A DNA stretch of 64,000 nucleotides from an uncultured cyanobacterium (GTDB lineage: Bacteria > Cyanobacteriota > Cyanobacteriia > Cyanobacteriales > CAWCAG01): NCBI GenBank assembly GCA_963793425.1, contig CAWCAG010000007.1, positions 352,001-416,000 of the forward strand, in the 5' to 3' direction. The notes beneath the pieces are model-generated. The model was not told the origin of the DNA, searched no databases, and worked only from the letters and a program-made list of their open reading frames with translations. This document shows positions 41,758 to 52,559 of this stretch, in pieces (position 1 is the first letter of the stretch; each line of letters opens with the position of its first letter). The position numbers were made by a program, and so were the translations under genes.

Positions 41758-43008
41758 ATGACAAATTTACAACTAAAACGGGTTGTTATAACTGGCCTCG
41801 GAGCAGTTACTCCCTTGGGAAATAGCCTCAATGAATACTGGGAAGGTTTATTAAGTGGACGTAGCGGCATCGCTCCGATTAGCCTCTTTGATGCTTCTCG
41901 CCATGCTTGTCAGATTGCTGGAGAGGTTAAAGGTTTTGATCCTCACGATTATGTTAGCCGTAAAGAGGCTAAGCGTATGGATCGCTTCGCTCAATTCGCG
42001 ATCGCAGCAAGCAAACAGACTTTAGAAGATGCCAAATTTGAGATTAATGACCTCAATGCTGAACAAGTAGGTATCATCATTGGTACTGGTGTAGGGGGGC
42101 TTAAAGTTCTTGAAGACCAGCAAGAAATATACCTCAGTAGAGGGCCTTCTCGTTGTAGTCCTTTTATGATCCCTATGATGATTAGTAACATGGCGGCAGG
42201 GTTGGCAGCTATTCATACGGGGGCAAAAGGGCCTAATTCCTGTACTGTGACTGCCTGTGCTGCTGGTTCCCATGCCGTAGGAGATGCCTTTCGCTTAGTT
42301 CAGAGGGGTTATGCCCAAGCCATGATTTGTGGTGGTACAGAAGCTGCTGTCACCCCTCTTGGGTTAGCTGGTTTTGCCTCAGCAAGGGCCCTTTCTACCC
42401 GTAATGATAATCCTACTTGTGCTAGTCGTCCTTTTGATAAAGATAGGGATGGTTTTGTGATGGGAGAAGGTGCAGGTATATTACTTCTAGAAGAGCTTGA
42501 ACACGCTTTAAGCCGAGGAGCCAAAATTTATGGGGAAATTATTGGCTATGGTATGACCTGTGATGCCTATCATATGACTGCTCCAGTCCCTGGGGGTGAG
42601 GGGGCAACTAGGGCCATACAGTTAGCCCTTAAAGATGGGGGCATTAGTCCAGAGCAAGTAAGTTATATTAATGCTCACGGCACAAGCACTCCCGCCAATG
42701 ATCCCACAGAAACTAAGGCAATTAAAAAAGCTTTAGGAGAAAGCGCTTACAAAATAGCGATCAGTTCCACAAAATCTATGACAGGACATCTTTTAGGGGG
42801 GTCTGGAGGTATAGAAGCGGTAGCTACAGCTATGGCAATGGCTAATGACAAAATCCCACCAACCATTAACCTCGATAGCCCTGATCCTGACTGCGATTTA
42901 GATTACGTTCCTCACACTCACAGAGAGCAACAAGTAGCAGTTGCCCTTTCTAACTCCTTTGGTTTTGGTGGCCATAACGTAACCTTAGCCTTCAAAAAAT
43001 ATATTTAA
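41758..43008 (+). CDS. fabF: 3-oxoacyl-ACP synthase II
   Basis: TACAAG, NAHGTST, KSMTGHLLG, NSFGFGG. Confidence 0.97.
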   Translation: MTNLQLKRVVITGLGAVTPLGNSLNEYWEGLLSGRSGIAPISLFDASRHACQIAGEVKGFDPHDYVSRKEAKRMDRFAQFAIAASKQTLEDAKFEINDLNAEQVGIIIGTGVGGLKVLEDQQEIYLSRGPSRCSPFMIPMMISNMAAGLAAIHTGAKGPNSCTVTACAAGSHAVGDAFRLVQRGYAQAMICGGTEAAVTPLGLAGFASARALSTRNDNPTCASRPFDKDRDGFVMGEGAGILLLEELEHALSRGAKIYGEIIGYGMTCDAYHMTAPVPGGEGATRAIQLALKDGGISPEQVSYINAHGTSTPANDPTETKAIKKALGESAYKIAISSTKSMTGHLLGGSGGIEAVATAMAMANDKIPPTINLDSPDPDCDLDYVPHTHREQQVAVALSNSFGFGGHNVTLAFKKYI

Positions 43009-43151
43009 CTCTTAATCATCAATCGTTGATATCTCCCTTGCTCATCGATCCCTATCAATGGGATGATGAGTAACAGCCTTGGGGCAATTTTTAGCCATCA
43101 AGTTAAATTCTCACAAATTCTTTTACCTTAGTTCACCTTAATAGAATCAAT

Positions 43152-45152
43152 ATGGTCGTTGCTAGCCAATCACTCGAAGAACTTTGCATCAATTCAATCC
43201 GCTTTCTAGCAATTGATGCTGTAGAAAAGGCAAATTCTGGTCATCCAGGGTTACCTATGGGCGCTGCTCCCATGGCTTTTGTCCTTTGGGATCGCTTCAT
43301 GAAATTTAATCCCAAAAATGATGCCTGGTTCAACCGCGATCGCTTCGTTCTTTCTGCGGGTCACGGTTGTATGTTGCAATACGCTTTATTATATCTTACT
43401 GGTTATGATGGCGTAAGCATTGAAGACATCAAGCAATTTCGTCAGTGGGAATCAAAGACTCCTGGGCATCCAGAAAACTTTATGACCGAAGGGGTAGAAA
43501 TTACTACTGGACCTTTGGGTCAAGGGGTAGCTAATGCTGTCGGTTTAGCTGTAGCAGAAGCTCATTTAGCTGCAAAGTACAACAAGCCTGATAGTAAGAT
43601 TGTAGACCACTACACCTATGTAATTATGGGTGATGGCTGCAACATGGAAGGAGTATCAGGAGAAGCTTGTTCCTTAGCTGGGCATTGGGGCTTAGGCAAG
43701 TTAATCGCTTTTTATGATGATAACCATATTTCTATTGATGGTTCTACAGATTTAGCCTTCACTGAAGATGTCAGTAAGCGTTATGAAGCCTATGGTTGGC
43801 ACGTACAACACGTTGAAGATGGTAATTCAGATTTAGAAGCCATTGCTGAGGCTATTGAAGCAGCTAAAGCGGTTACTGATAAGCCTTCTTTAATTAAAGT
43901 AACCACCACTATTGGTTTTGGCTCTCCTAACAAAGCTAACACCCACGGCGTACACGGTGCTGCTTTAGGGGGAGACGAAGTAGCAGCGACACGGAAACAC
44001 TTAGGTTGGGATCACGAGCCTTTTGTTGTCCCTGATGATGCTCTCAATCACTTCCGCAAAGCTGTAGAGCGGGGTGAATCTGCTGAAGCTGAATGGAATC
44101 AAACTTGGGCAGAATACAAGAAAAAGTATGCTGAAGAAGCTAAAGAGTTTGAGAAAATTGTCCTCAATGGGGAATTACCTGATGGTTGGGCTGATGCTTT
44201 ACCTACCTTTACTCCTGAAGATAAAGCCGTAGCTACCCGTAAGCATTCCAACGCTTGCATTAACGCTTTAGCTCCAGTTTTGACTAACCTCATTGGGGGA
44301 TCTGCTGATTTGGCCCCCTCTAACCTCACCTTAATGGACGTATCGGGAGATTTCCAAAAAGGGCAGTACGAAAATCGCAATGTGCGCTTTGGGGTCAGAG
44401 AACATGGTATGGGGGCAATTTGTAATGGCCTTGCCCTCCATGACTCTGGTTTAATTGCCTACGGTGCTACATTCTTAATCTTCACCGATTATATGCGAGC
44501 AGCCATTCGTTTATCAGCCCTTTCCCAAACTGGGGCTATTTGGGTTATGACCCACGACTCCATCGCTTTAGGAGAAGATGGCCCCACTCACCAACCAGTA
44601 GAAACTATTGCTTCTTTACGGGCAATTCCTGATTTAGTGGTAATTCGTCCTGCTGATGGTAACGAAACCTCTGGTGCTTATAAAATTGCCGTAGAAAATC
44701 GTCATCGTCCTACATTAATGGCCTTTACTCGCCAAGGTTTACCTAACTTGGCTGGTACTTCCATTGAAAATACGGCTAAGGGAGCCTATACTTTGGTTGA
44801 ATGTGATGCTCCTGAGATTATTCTTATTGGTACTGGTAGTGAAGTACATCTTTGTGTAGATGCAGCGAAGAAGCTGAAGGGTGAAGGCAAGAAGGTACGG
44901 GTAGTTTCTATGCCTAGTTGGGAACTATTTGAAGAGCAAGATGATTCTTACAAGGAATCTGTGCTGCCTAAAGCTGTTACCAAACGTTTAGCCGTAGAAG
45001 CCGGAATTAAGTTTGGTTGGGAACGCTACGTTGGTTTTGAAGGGGATACGATTACCGTTGATACCTTCGGTGTATCTTCTCCTGGTGGTTTAGCGATGGA
45101 GAAGTTTGGTTTTACGGTTGATAATGTCGTAGCTAAAGCTAAGGCTCTCTAA
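43152..45152 (+). CDS. tkt: Transketolase
   Basis: [37 protein letters not shown]. Confidence 0.98.
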   Translation: MVVASQSLEELCINSIRFLAIDAVEKANSGHPGLPMGAAPMAFVLWDRFMKFNPKNDAWFNRDRFVLSAGHGCMLQYALLYLTGYDGVSIEDIKQFRQWESKTPGHPENFMTEGVEITTGPLGQGVANAVGLAVAEAHLAAKYNKPDSKIVDHYTYVIMGDGCNMEGVSGEACSLAGHWGLGKLIAFYDDNHISIDGSTDLAFTEDVSKRYEAYGWHVQHVEDGNSDLEAIAEAIEAAKAVTDKPSLIKVTTTIGFGSPNKANTHGVHGAALGGDEVAATRKHLGWDHEPFVVPDDALNHFRKAVERGESAEAEWNQTWAEYKKKYAEEAKEFEKIVLNGELPDGWADALPTFTPEDKAVATRKHSNACINALAPVLTNLIGGSADLAPSNLTLMDVSGDFQKGQYENRNVRFGVREHGMGAICNGLALHDSGLIAYGATFLIFTDYMRAAIRLSALSQTGAIWVMTHDSIALGEDGPTHQPVETIASLRAIPDLVVIRPADGNETSGAYKIAVENRHRPTLMAFTRQGLPNLAGTSIENTAKGAYTLVECDAPEIILIGTGSEVHLCVDAAKKLKGEGKKVRVVSMPSWELFEEQDDSYKESVLPKAVTKRLAVEAGIKFGWERYVGFEGDTITVDTFGVSSPGGLAMEKFGFTVDNVVAKAKAL

Positions 45153-45184
45153 AATAAGCAAAAGTTTGGTTAATTTTTAAGGTG

Positions 45185-45208
45185 GGGACACGACTTAGGT
45201 TGTGTCCC
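45185..45208. terminator. Terminator hairpin after tkt
   Basis: GGGACACGAC-TTAG-GTTGTGTCCC followed by a T-rich tract. Confidence 0.65.
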
Positions 45209-45213
45209 TTAAT

Positions 45214-45873
45214 TTATTGAGATTGTAAATATTGAAGAAACTCTTTTAATTCTTGGTCAGTTAAAGAAGTGCGAGTTCGCTTACCGTAGGTTTGTAGCAA
45301 ATGATCTACCCCTTCCTTTTTTCCCCAGTTTAAGCGTTTCATTTCAATATCAGTTTGAATGATCACATCTGACATATCAATGGGGTTAATTGCTGCTGGT
45401 TTGGTAAATGATTCTTGAGGTGGGGCAGGTACAATTTCTTCTGGTAATGTTTCAGTTGTTACAGAAAAATCAGGAGCCTTTTGAAGGGATTCTGAAGTAA
45501 TCGATTCGGGAATTGTCGATTGGGAATTGGCATGATGAAAAGTAAATTCTTCAACTTTTGCTGCTTTCGTGGGGGTTGGAGTTGAGGCAGAAAAGTTATT
45601 TTGAGGCTGGCTTAATTCAATTTGTGGCTTTGAATCAAAGTTGTCTGTCGAAGTTGAAGTTGAAGTATCAAAGTCAATACCAAGGGCAGCAAAAGCCCTC
45701 TCTCTAGCTTTATCTTCTGCTTTTTCGATGGTTTCAGCAGCAGCTAACCCACTAGCTAAAGTAATCCCTTGATCTTGGATCAAGACTCGTACTAGATACT
45801 GTCCCCGATCAACGGTGACGAATTCACTGAGGAAACTGCCTTGGGGATAGTGAATGCGGAATTGAGTAAACAT
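45214..45873 (-). CDS. Conserved cyanobacterial hypothetical protein
   Basis: FRIHYPQGS..AEDKARERA N-domain, low-complexity linker, MKRLNW..YGKRTR C-domain. Confidence 0.7.
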   Translation of the reverse strand: MFTQFRIHYPQGSFLSEFVTVDRGQYLVRVLIQDQGITLASGLAAAETIEKAEDKARERAFAALGIDFDTSTSTSTDNFDSKPQIELSQPQNNFSASTPTPTKAAKVEEFTFHHANSQSTIPESITSESLQKAPDFSVTTETLPEEIVPAPPQESFTKPAAINPIDMSDVIIQTDIEMKRLNWGKKEGVDHLLQTYGKRTRTSLTDQELKEFLQYLQSQ

Positions 45874-45985
45874 AAGCCTATGATATCAATTATCAGTTAT
45901 CATTTGCGGGGTTTTCTCAAATTAACTGAATCTATGCCAATTTCTTTTCTGTGAGTTTAACGCCAACTCTTTAAAATAAAAGCAA

Positions 45986-46023
45986 ATTGACAGATTGAAT
46001 TACCACAGATTCAATCTGTCAAT
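45986..46023 (-). terminator. Terminator hairpin after petJ
   Basis: ATTGACAGATTGAAT...ATTCAATCTGTCAAT, 15-bp stem. Confidence 0.7.
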
Positions 46024-46039
46024 CTTGGGCTGAATTTAT

Positions 46040-46372
46040 TTACCAGCCTTGGTCAGCCTTGTCTAAAACATAAGCTGCCACGTTTTCAATTTGTTCTGCA
46101 CTCAACTTACCCCGGAAAGCTGGCATAGCCATTTTGCCATTGGTGACTTGTGTGATAATTGCCTCTTCGGAGTACATACCGTATTTTTCTAAGTCGCCTT
46201 TGTTGAGGGTTTTAGCGCCGTTAATGACATTTCTGCCCCCCATATGACAAGCTGCACAGTTGGCACTGAATATTTGAGCCCCCTTAGCTGCATCCCCAGC
46301 ATAGGCAGGATTTGCCCAGGCTAGGCAAAATAGGGCGACCCCTAGCCAAATAAATGATAAAACTTTCTTCAA
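46040..46372 (-). CDS. petJ: Cytochrome c6
   Basis: Signal peptide AYA-GD; CAACH heme motif; MPAF; TTG start at 46372 after GAGAGGA. Confidence 0.92.
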   Translation of the reverse strand: MKKVLSFIWLGVALFCLAWANPAYAGDAAKGAQIFSANCAACHMGGRNVINGAKTLNKGDLEKYGMYSEEAIITQVTNGKMAMPAFRGKLSAEQIENVAAYVLDKADQGW

Positions 46373-46476
46373 AAGTGCTTTCCTCTCTTTGATATAGGTC
46401 ATATTTCCATTTTTGCCAAAGTGGATATGAGAGTCAAAAGACAGGCTGTCATACTTGTAAGCTAGAAGCAGAATCA

Positions 46477-47766
46477 TTACAACAAACGTAACTGAGTTTT
46501 CTGGGATTTAACTCCTAGGGTAACTTCTTCTTCAAAAATACTTTCTAAATCATTATTCATCAAAAGTTGTGCTGCTTCCACCATATCTGTGGCAATATCT
46601 TTTAAATCTTCTCGATTGGTTAAATAAGTTTGCAACGCTGCTAAAGGATCTAAACTATTGCCTTCTCCTAATTCTGGAACGCGAGGACGGGCTAATTGAC
46701 TAACTAATTCGGGACGAATTGTATAACTGTGTGCTTCTTCTAAGGCTGCGTGTAAAGAGGAAGTATTAATTAAGTCTAATTGTTCAGAACGGAGTCGGTA
46801 AATTAGTCTTACTACTGCTTGAGAAATTTTGTTTTTACCAATAACTTCTACAATAGCGGTTTCGGGATCTTCTGCTTGAGAAACATCTACATCAATGGTA
46901 CAAAAATCTCGCACTTTTAAAGGGCAAAATTGCCAATCAACTTGCCCTTTTTTGATTTCAATAAATATGTAACCTTTGTCTTCTTTTTCCTCAGAAAAAT
47001 CCACCCTTTCAATACTACCAGGATAAACAATGGGAGGATTATTGGACTTATTTAAGTTTTGGTGTTTGTGGACATGACCCAAGGCCACATAATCAAATTC
47101 AGGACGAGTTAGCAAGGAAATAGGCAAAGTAAAACCTTTACCTACTGCTAAGAAACGTTCTGCCCCCAAATTTGCTCTGTCTGCCATTAAATGCCCTAAC
47201 AAAATGGTTGGCAATTGTGGATCTAGACGGCGAATTTCCCCTTCTAAAACAGGTTCGAGGCGTTTGATTAATAACTCATTAACCTCTGCTAAAGATAGTC
47301 CTTCGGTTTCTGGGCGAGTGATTAATGTAGAACGAGTTAACCAAGGTAAAGTAATAATTTGAATTGCCCCATGAGGGGTATCAATGCGATGGGTTTTGAT
47401 ACTATCCCCAACCACAAATCCTGGTACACCCAAGGTACGATAAATACATAAACTTGCCCCGCCATTTCCTTGGGAATGTTGGTCATGGTTTCCTACTAAT
47501 AAAACCGTAGGAATTTGGGCATCTGCTAAGCGGCGAAATTGTCTGGCAAAAGCTTCTTGAACATAAGGAGGAGGAGTTGCATCAGGGAAAGCATCTCCTC
47601 CGAATAATACCAAATCAACTGACTCATCAATTGCCCGATCTAAACATTTGCTTAAGGTAGAAATAAAATCTTCTAACCTGGTGTTTAAACCCGTTTCTGG
47701 GTTGACTTTTCCTTGGGAAAAACTGCTTCCCATGTGAATGTCTGATAAGTGCAGAATTTTGATCAT
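46477..47766 (-). CDS. sbcD: Exonuclease SbcCD subunit D
   Basis: [27 protein letters not shown]. Confidence 0.93.
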   Translation of the reverse strand: MIKILHLSDIHMGSSFSQGKVNPETGLNTRLEDFISTLSKCLDRAIDESVDLVLFGGDAFPDATPPPYVQEAFARQFRRLADAQIPTVLLVGNHDQHSQGNGGASLCIYRTLGVPGFVVGDSIKTHRIDTPHGAIQIITLPWLTRSTLITRPETEGLSLAEVNELLIKRLEPVLEGEIRRLDPQLPTILLGHLMADRANLGAERFLAVGKGFTLPISLLTRPEFDYVALGHVHKHQNLNKSNNPPIVYPGSIERVDFSEEKEDKGYIFIEIKKGQVDWQFCPLKVRDFCTIDVDVSQAEDPETAIVEVIGKNKISQAVVRLIYRLRSEQLDLINTSSLHAALEEAHSYTIRPELVSQLARPRVPELGEGNSLDPLAALQTYLTNREDLKDIATDMVEAAQLLMNNDLESIFEEEVTLGVKSQKTQLRLL

Positions 47767-47789
47767 TACTTAAGAATTAAGGGAGAGAG

Positions 47790-47850
47790 TAGGGGCAACC
47801 TGTTTTCCAAATATTGTTAACAAATCAGGGTTTAAATTGGGTCGCCCTTA
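47790..47850. repeat. Miniature inverted-repeat element
   Basis: TAGGGGCAACC...GGGTCGCCCTTA; ends related to 1846-1930. Confidence 0.4.
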
Positions 47851-47888
47851 ATAGGGAATAGGGAGTGGGAAGCGGCTAGAAAAGTTGC

Positions 47889-48623
47889 TTAAAAAATATG
47901 AATTCCGCTACCCATTTGATAACCTCCTTGCCAAAAATCTGTCCCTTCGTTTTCTTCAGGTTCAACTTTATTGGTTAAGGGTTGGTCGCTAATATCAGAA
48001 TAACCTTCATCATGGAGAGGGTTGTAAATTAAGTCAAACTCATAAGCATAAGCCCAACTTTCTGCCCTCGTCCAATTAGCTAAGGGATTAATTTTTAGCC
48101 TTCCTTGACTATCAAGTTCCAAGATGGGCATCTTCCCTTGATTTTCTGACTGGCTGCGACGACGACTAGTAATCCAAGCTTGGGTATTTAGTTCTTGCAA
48201 AGCTTGTTGTAAAGGTCTAACCCTAGTTAAGCGGATGAATTTATCCAGATTCTTTTCCCAGAGGTTTTTCCCGTACTTAGCCGCAAAATCTACTGCAGAA
48301 TCTACCCCCGCCATCTGATTGACTTGCAAGTCTAAGCCATAAAGAGACTTAGCTTGTTTAACCAGTTGTAGGGTTTCTGAGAAGTGGTGCAAAGTATCCA
48401 CAAATAACACAGTTACAGGGAGTTCGGGACGCAAATAACGATAAAGAAGATCAGTAATGACTAGATCATCTATATCAAAGCTACTTGCTTGCACCAGTCC
48501 GGTGGGAAAAAAATTAGTAGACCACGACAAAATTTCTTTTGGATGGAGGTGTTCAAACTTGCTGTTTAATCTTTCTAAATCTAGGTCGGAAATTCTCACT
48601 GGCAGAGGTGCGGTTTGAGTCAT
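47889..48623 (-). CDS. PAPS/APS reductase (CysH)-like protein with a degenerate active site
   Basis: FVDTLHHFSET, AWITSRRR, KINPLANW and YNPLHDEGY retained, but the C-terminus is MGSGIH rather than ECG(L/I)H. Confidence 0.8.
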   Translation of the reverse strand: MTQTAPLPVRISDLDLERLNSKFEHLHPKEILSWSTNFFPTGLVQASSFDIDDLVITDLLYRYLRPELPVTVLFVDTLHHFSETLQLVKQAKSLYGLDLQVNQMAGVDSAVDFAAKYGKNLWEKNLDKFIRLTRVRPLQQALQELNTQAWITSRRRSQSENQGKMPILELDSQGRLKINPLANWTRAESWAYAYEFDLIYNPLHDEGYSDISDQPLTNKVEPEENEGTDFWQGGYQMGSGIHIF

Positions 48624-48856
48624 ATTACTTACCCTGAGATGGAATTGCGTTTTTCGACTTTGTAAATTTTAACTTATTCAAGACATATATTCCGAGGGGA
48701 AAACCGTAATTAAATGATAAATTGATGAACAATTAACTATGAATGATTAAGCAGGGAGATTTTTGTCAGGGTAATGTCTACCCTAGAAGTCTCAGTAAAC
48801 TACAAACAAGAACTAACCTTGTGTCAGAATTAGGACTTGTTATCAAGTTTGCTTTT

Positions 48857-49120
48857 ATGGCTATGGAAATAATTTTGTATAGTAAGCCGGGATGCCATCT
48901 TTGTGTGGGGCTGCAAGAAAAGCTAGAACAGATAGAGGATCTAAACTTTGAATTGCAAATAAGAGATATAACTACCAGCCCGGAATGGTTCGCCGCTTAT
49001 CAATATGAAGTACCTGTTTTGTGTCGCTTGCATTCAGGTAAAGAAGAAATGTTACCTCGCCTTTCTCCTCGTTCCTCTGTTAAACAAGTGAAACAGATGT
49101 TACAGAAATTTTCAGGGTAA
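48857..49120 (+). CDS. Glutaredoxin-like protein (DUF836)
   Basis: LYSKPGCHLC, YQYEVPVL. Confidence 0.85.
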   Translation: MAMEIILYSKPGCHLCVGLQEKLEQIEDLNFELQIRDITTSPEWFAAYQYEVPVLCRLHSGKEEMLPRLSPRSSVKQVKQMLQKFSG

Positions 49121-49167
49121 TCTTGATCAAATATAGATAAAATTCTAGGATGTGAGGATTTAATGCC

Positions 49168-50651
49168 ATGAAGTTAAGGGAGTTGTTGGGCAGAATTTCT
49201 GGGGCTGTTAAAGTAGCAGCAAATTGTCACCAAGATGTTGAAGTAAAAGGACTCTCTACTAATTCCCATGCTTGCCAAGCAGGTGATCTATTTATTGGGA
49301 TGCCAGGAACAAGGGTAGATGGAGGGGAATTTTGGCAAGTGCGATCGCAACGGGGGCTGTGGCAGCTTTGATTAGTCCTCAAGCAGGAGAAAAAAAGCCT
49401 CCTGGTACAGAAGATTGTGTGGTGATAGTAGAGGATCTAGTTGCTGCTTGTGCTGCTGTGGCAGCATTTTTTTATGATAATCCTAGTCAGAAATTAAACA
49501 TGGTAGGAGTTACAGGGACTAATGGCAAAACCACTACTACCCATTTAATTGAGTTTCTTCTCCATCAAGCAGAATTACCCACTGCCTTACTCGGAACTCT
49601 TTATTCTCGCTGGCCTGGTTTTTCTCAAACTGCTACCCATACAACCCCTTTTGCCGTGACATTACAAGAACAATTAGCCCAAGCCGTTGCAGCGGGTAGT
49701 GACTATGGGGTGATGGAAGTTAGTTCCCATGCTTTGTCTCAAGGCAGGGTAAAAGAATGTCATTTTGAGGTGGCTGTTTTCACTAACTTAACCCAAGACC
49801 ATTTGGATTATCATCAGAATATGGAGGACTATTTTGAGGCAAAGGCTCTATTATTTAGCCAGGAATATCTCCAAAGTAAAGGAATTATCAACCTTGATGA
49901 TGCTTATGGTAGGCGTTTAATTGAACGAGTTGGTAAGGGCAGAGTTTGGAGTTATAGCATCACTAACCCTGAAGCAGATTTATACACCAGTAACTTAACC
50001 TACGAACCCAACGGGGTCAAAGGGACTTTACATACTCCCCAAGGTGAAATTGCTTTTACTTCTCCTTTAGTGGGGCAATTTAACCTCGCTAATCTCCTCG
50101 CTGCGGTGGGAACTCTTTTACATTTAGATTTAGATTTAGCTAAAATCGTCGCTGCTTTACCAAATTTCCCTGGAGTACCTGGGCGTATGGAAAGGGTACA
50201 AGTTAGCCCAGATCAAGATATTAGTGTGATTGTGGATTATGCCCATACCCCTGACAGTTTAGAAAACTTAATCAAAGCAGCAAAACCTTTTATTAATGGT
50301 CAAGTAATTTGTGTTTTTGGTTGTGGAGGCGATCGCGACAGAACAAAACGCCCTTTAATGGGTAAAATTGCTGCTGAGTTAGCAGATGTAGCCGTGGTAA
50401 CATCCGATAACCCCCGTACAGAAGACCCTGAAAGGATTTTAGCCGATGTCTTAGAGGGAATTCCTGCGACAAGAGAACCAATGGTAATTTGCGATCGCGC
50501 CACCGCTATTCACCAAGCAATTAAGGAAGCGAAACCAGGAGACGGGGTTCTAATTGCGGGGAAAGGTCACGAAGACTACCAAATTTTAGGGACAGAGAAA
50601 ATTCATTTTGATGATAGGGAACAAGCGAGGGAAGCTTTGCAAAAGAGATAG
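49168..50651 (+). CDS. murE: UDP-MurNAc-tripeptide synthetase, frameshifted at about 49337
   Basis: GVTGTNGKTT, MEVSSH, DHLDYH, DYAHTPD, DNPR; adding one A at TGG CAA (A)GT GCG fuses the two ORFs. Confidence 0.93.
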
Positions 50652-50734
50652 GTTAAGCATTAGGCATTACCTACCACCTATTGGGGCAAGGTAATAGGTA
50701 ACAGGTAATGACGCAATGTGCAACTTGATCGGTG

Positions 50735-50891
50735 GTCTATTTTAATAGACTTGAGGTATTAGCCAGGAACTTAAGTTCCTGTCAGGCTGTCGGGCTGGCG
50801 GGCTAGCGCATAATTCCCCTCTTCCCCTCCTCCCATAGACCACCAAGAAATTAATTTCTTGGCTAATATACAAAGTCCTCTAAACAGGACT
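50735..50891. repeat. REP-like inverted doublet of palindromes nested in the MITE
   Basis: GTCTATTTTAATAGAC..TATTAGCCAGGAACTTAAGTTCCTG ... CCAAGAAATTAATTTCTTGGCTAATA..AGTCCT/AGGACT. Confidence 0.65.
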
Positions 50892-50934
50892 AATAGCATC
50901 AAGTAACCAATTGTAGGAAAAAGATTAGACAAGA

Positions 50935-51063
50935 TAAGCTGTCAGGTATTTAGATTGTTTTGCTAGGGTAGGGGAGTAGGGAGTAGAGAGTAGGGAGCAG
51001 TAAAGACATTGGGAAGAAATTTAGTTAAAGCCAAAAATCCCAGTTTAAATGCGTCTTAGCTTA
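50935..51063. mobile_element. Small TA-ended MITE (IS630-like ends) nested in the MITE
   Basis: TAAGCTGTCAGGTATTTAGATTG versus reverse-complemented right end TAAGCTAAGACGCATTTAAACTG. Confidence 0.6.
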
Positions 51064-51196
51064 CTAGATTTAGTTGCACATCACGTTAATGGGTAATAGG
51101 TGAAAATTAGAGCTTATTTTAGTTGACTCAATAATATGTTGTTTAAATACCTAAAAGCTTGTTACTTATTACTTATTACTTATTACTTAACTTGCA

Positions 51197-52192
51197 ATGA
51201 CTGCAACTTGGACAAAAAAACACATCCTTTCCTTGGCTAACTTTTCCCCTCCGGAATACAACACCGTCTTGCAAACTGCAGCCAGTTTTCGGGAAGTACT
51301 CTCACGGCGGATGAAGAAAGTTCCTACCTTACAAGGACAAGTGGTCGCTAACCTCTTTTTTGAACCTTCTACCCGTACCCGTAGCAGCTTTGAACTTGCT
51401 GCGAAACGCCTCTCCGCCGACACTCTCAATTTTGCCCCAGGAAGTTCTTCTTTAACCAAAGGAGAAACCATTCTTGATACGGCCAAAACTTATCTGGCTA
51501 TGGGGGCAAACATGATGGTAATTCGCCATCGCGAAGCAGGAGTTCCCCAAACCATCGCCGCAGAGATGGATCGTTTGGGAGTGCAAGTTGGTATCCTCAA
51601 TGCTGGGGACGGACAACACGAACATCCTTCCCAAGCTTTATTAGATTTATTCACCATTTGTTGTTGTTTGGATTCTCAACAACCTCGCCTTGAACTACTA
51701 AAAGGGAAAAAGATTGCCATTGTGGGAGATATTGTTCACTCACGGGTTGCGAGATCCAACCTTTGGAGTTTAACGGCGGCGGGGGTAGAAGTACATTTAG
51801 CTGGCCCTCCTACCCTTGTTCCTAGGCTATTTGCTGATGCTGCCTACTTCGGTGGTGATTTTATTGCCCCTCAGCTACACTGGCAAATTGAACCCGCTTT
51901 GCAAAATGCAGATTTTGTGATGACTTTGCGTTTACAAAAAGAACGTATGACTCAAAACCTGTTACCCAGCTTGCGAGAATATCATCAACGCTATGGCATT
52001 ACCAGGAACCGCCTGAAGTTATGCCAACCAGAAGTTAAAGTTTTGCATCCCGGCCCCACTAACCGGGGAGTAGAAATAAGTTCCGATCTTATGGATGATC
52101 CTCAATACAGCTTGATTCCTCACCAAGTTACTAGTGGCGTGGCTGTAAGGATGGCCCTTTTATATCTGATGGGAAGCGGCAGAAATCTTTGA
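51197..52192 (+). CDS. pyrB: Aspartate carbamoyltransferase catalytic subunit
   Basis: [28 protein letters not shown]. Confidence 0.97.
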   Translation: MTATWTKKHILSLANFSPPEYNTVLQTAASFREVLSRRMKKVPTLQGQVVANLFFEPSTRTRSSFELAAKRLSADTLNFAPGSSSLTKGETILDTAKTYLAMGANMMVIRHREAGVPQTIAAEMDRLGVQVGILNAGDGQHEHPSQALLDLFTICCCLDSQQPRLELLKGKKIAIVGDIVHSRVARSNLWSLTAAGVEVHLAGPPTLVPRLFADAAYFGGDFIAPQLHWQIEPALQNADFVMTLRLQKERMTQNLLPSLREYHQRYGITRNRLKLCQPEVKVLHPGPTNRGVEISSDLMDDPQYSLIPHQVTSGVAVRMALLYLMGSGRNL

Positions 52193-52559
52193 GATAAGTA
52201 ATAGTTTGGCTAAAGGCAATTTACTATTAAAATTATTGAATTTACATAACTTCAACTTAAAATTTGTCAAGTCCAGAAAGACTTCTCAAACGACGCATTT
52301 GTGTGGTTTAATAGAAAAATCAAAAAATCATACTCCCCCTCTTGTATTCAAAATTAAGCTTCAATCTCTACAACCTAGATAAACCGTTGATTAAGCCACT
52401 GTTTTACCTCAAAATCATAGCTAGCTCAAGTTCTTGGTTGCACAAATTTTGAGGCGATTTTCAAAGTTTTTTTGACAAATACGGCTTTTTGTAGTAGAGA
52501 AAATTAAATCAGCAAAAGTAGAGTAAGCGAAAAACAATAGAAGGCTACTCAATTAAACG

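Larger units (their letters stand above)
50711..51086. mobile_element. MITE with 20-bp imperfect terminal inverted repeats and a TAATG target duplication, carrying two nested elements
   Basis: ACGCAATGTGCAACTTGATC / GATTTAGTTGCACATCACGT (16/20); TAATG at 50706-50710 and 51087-51091. Confidence 0.75.

Noticed and set aside
48686..48712. Second Rrf2-like box upstream of the cysH-like gene (ATATTCCGAG...ACCGTAAT)
   Set aside because: Too degenerate to support, although biologically plausible
52262..52480. 9-bp inverted repeat ATTTGTCAA/TTGACAAAT as MITE ends
   Set aside because: Short, AT-rich, and no target duplication seen
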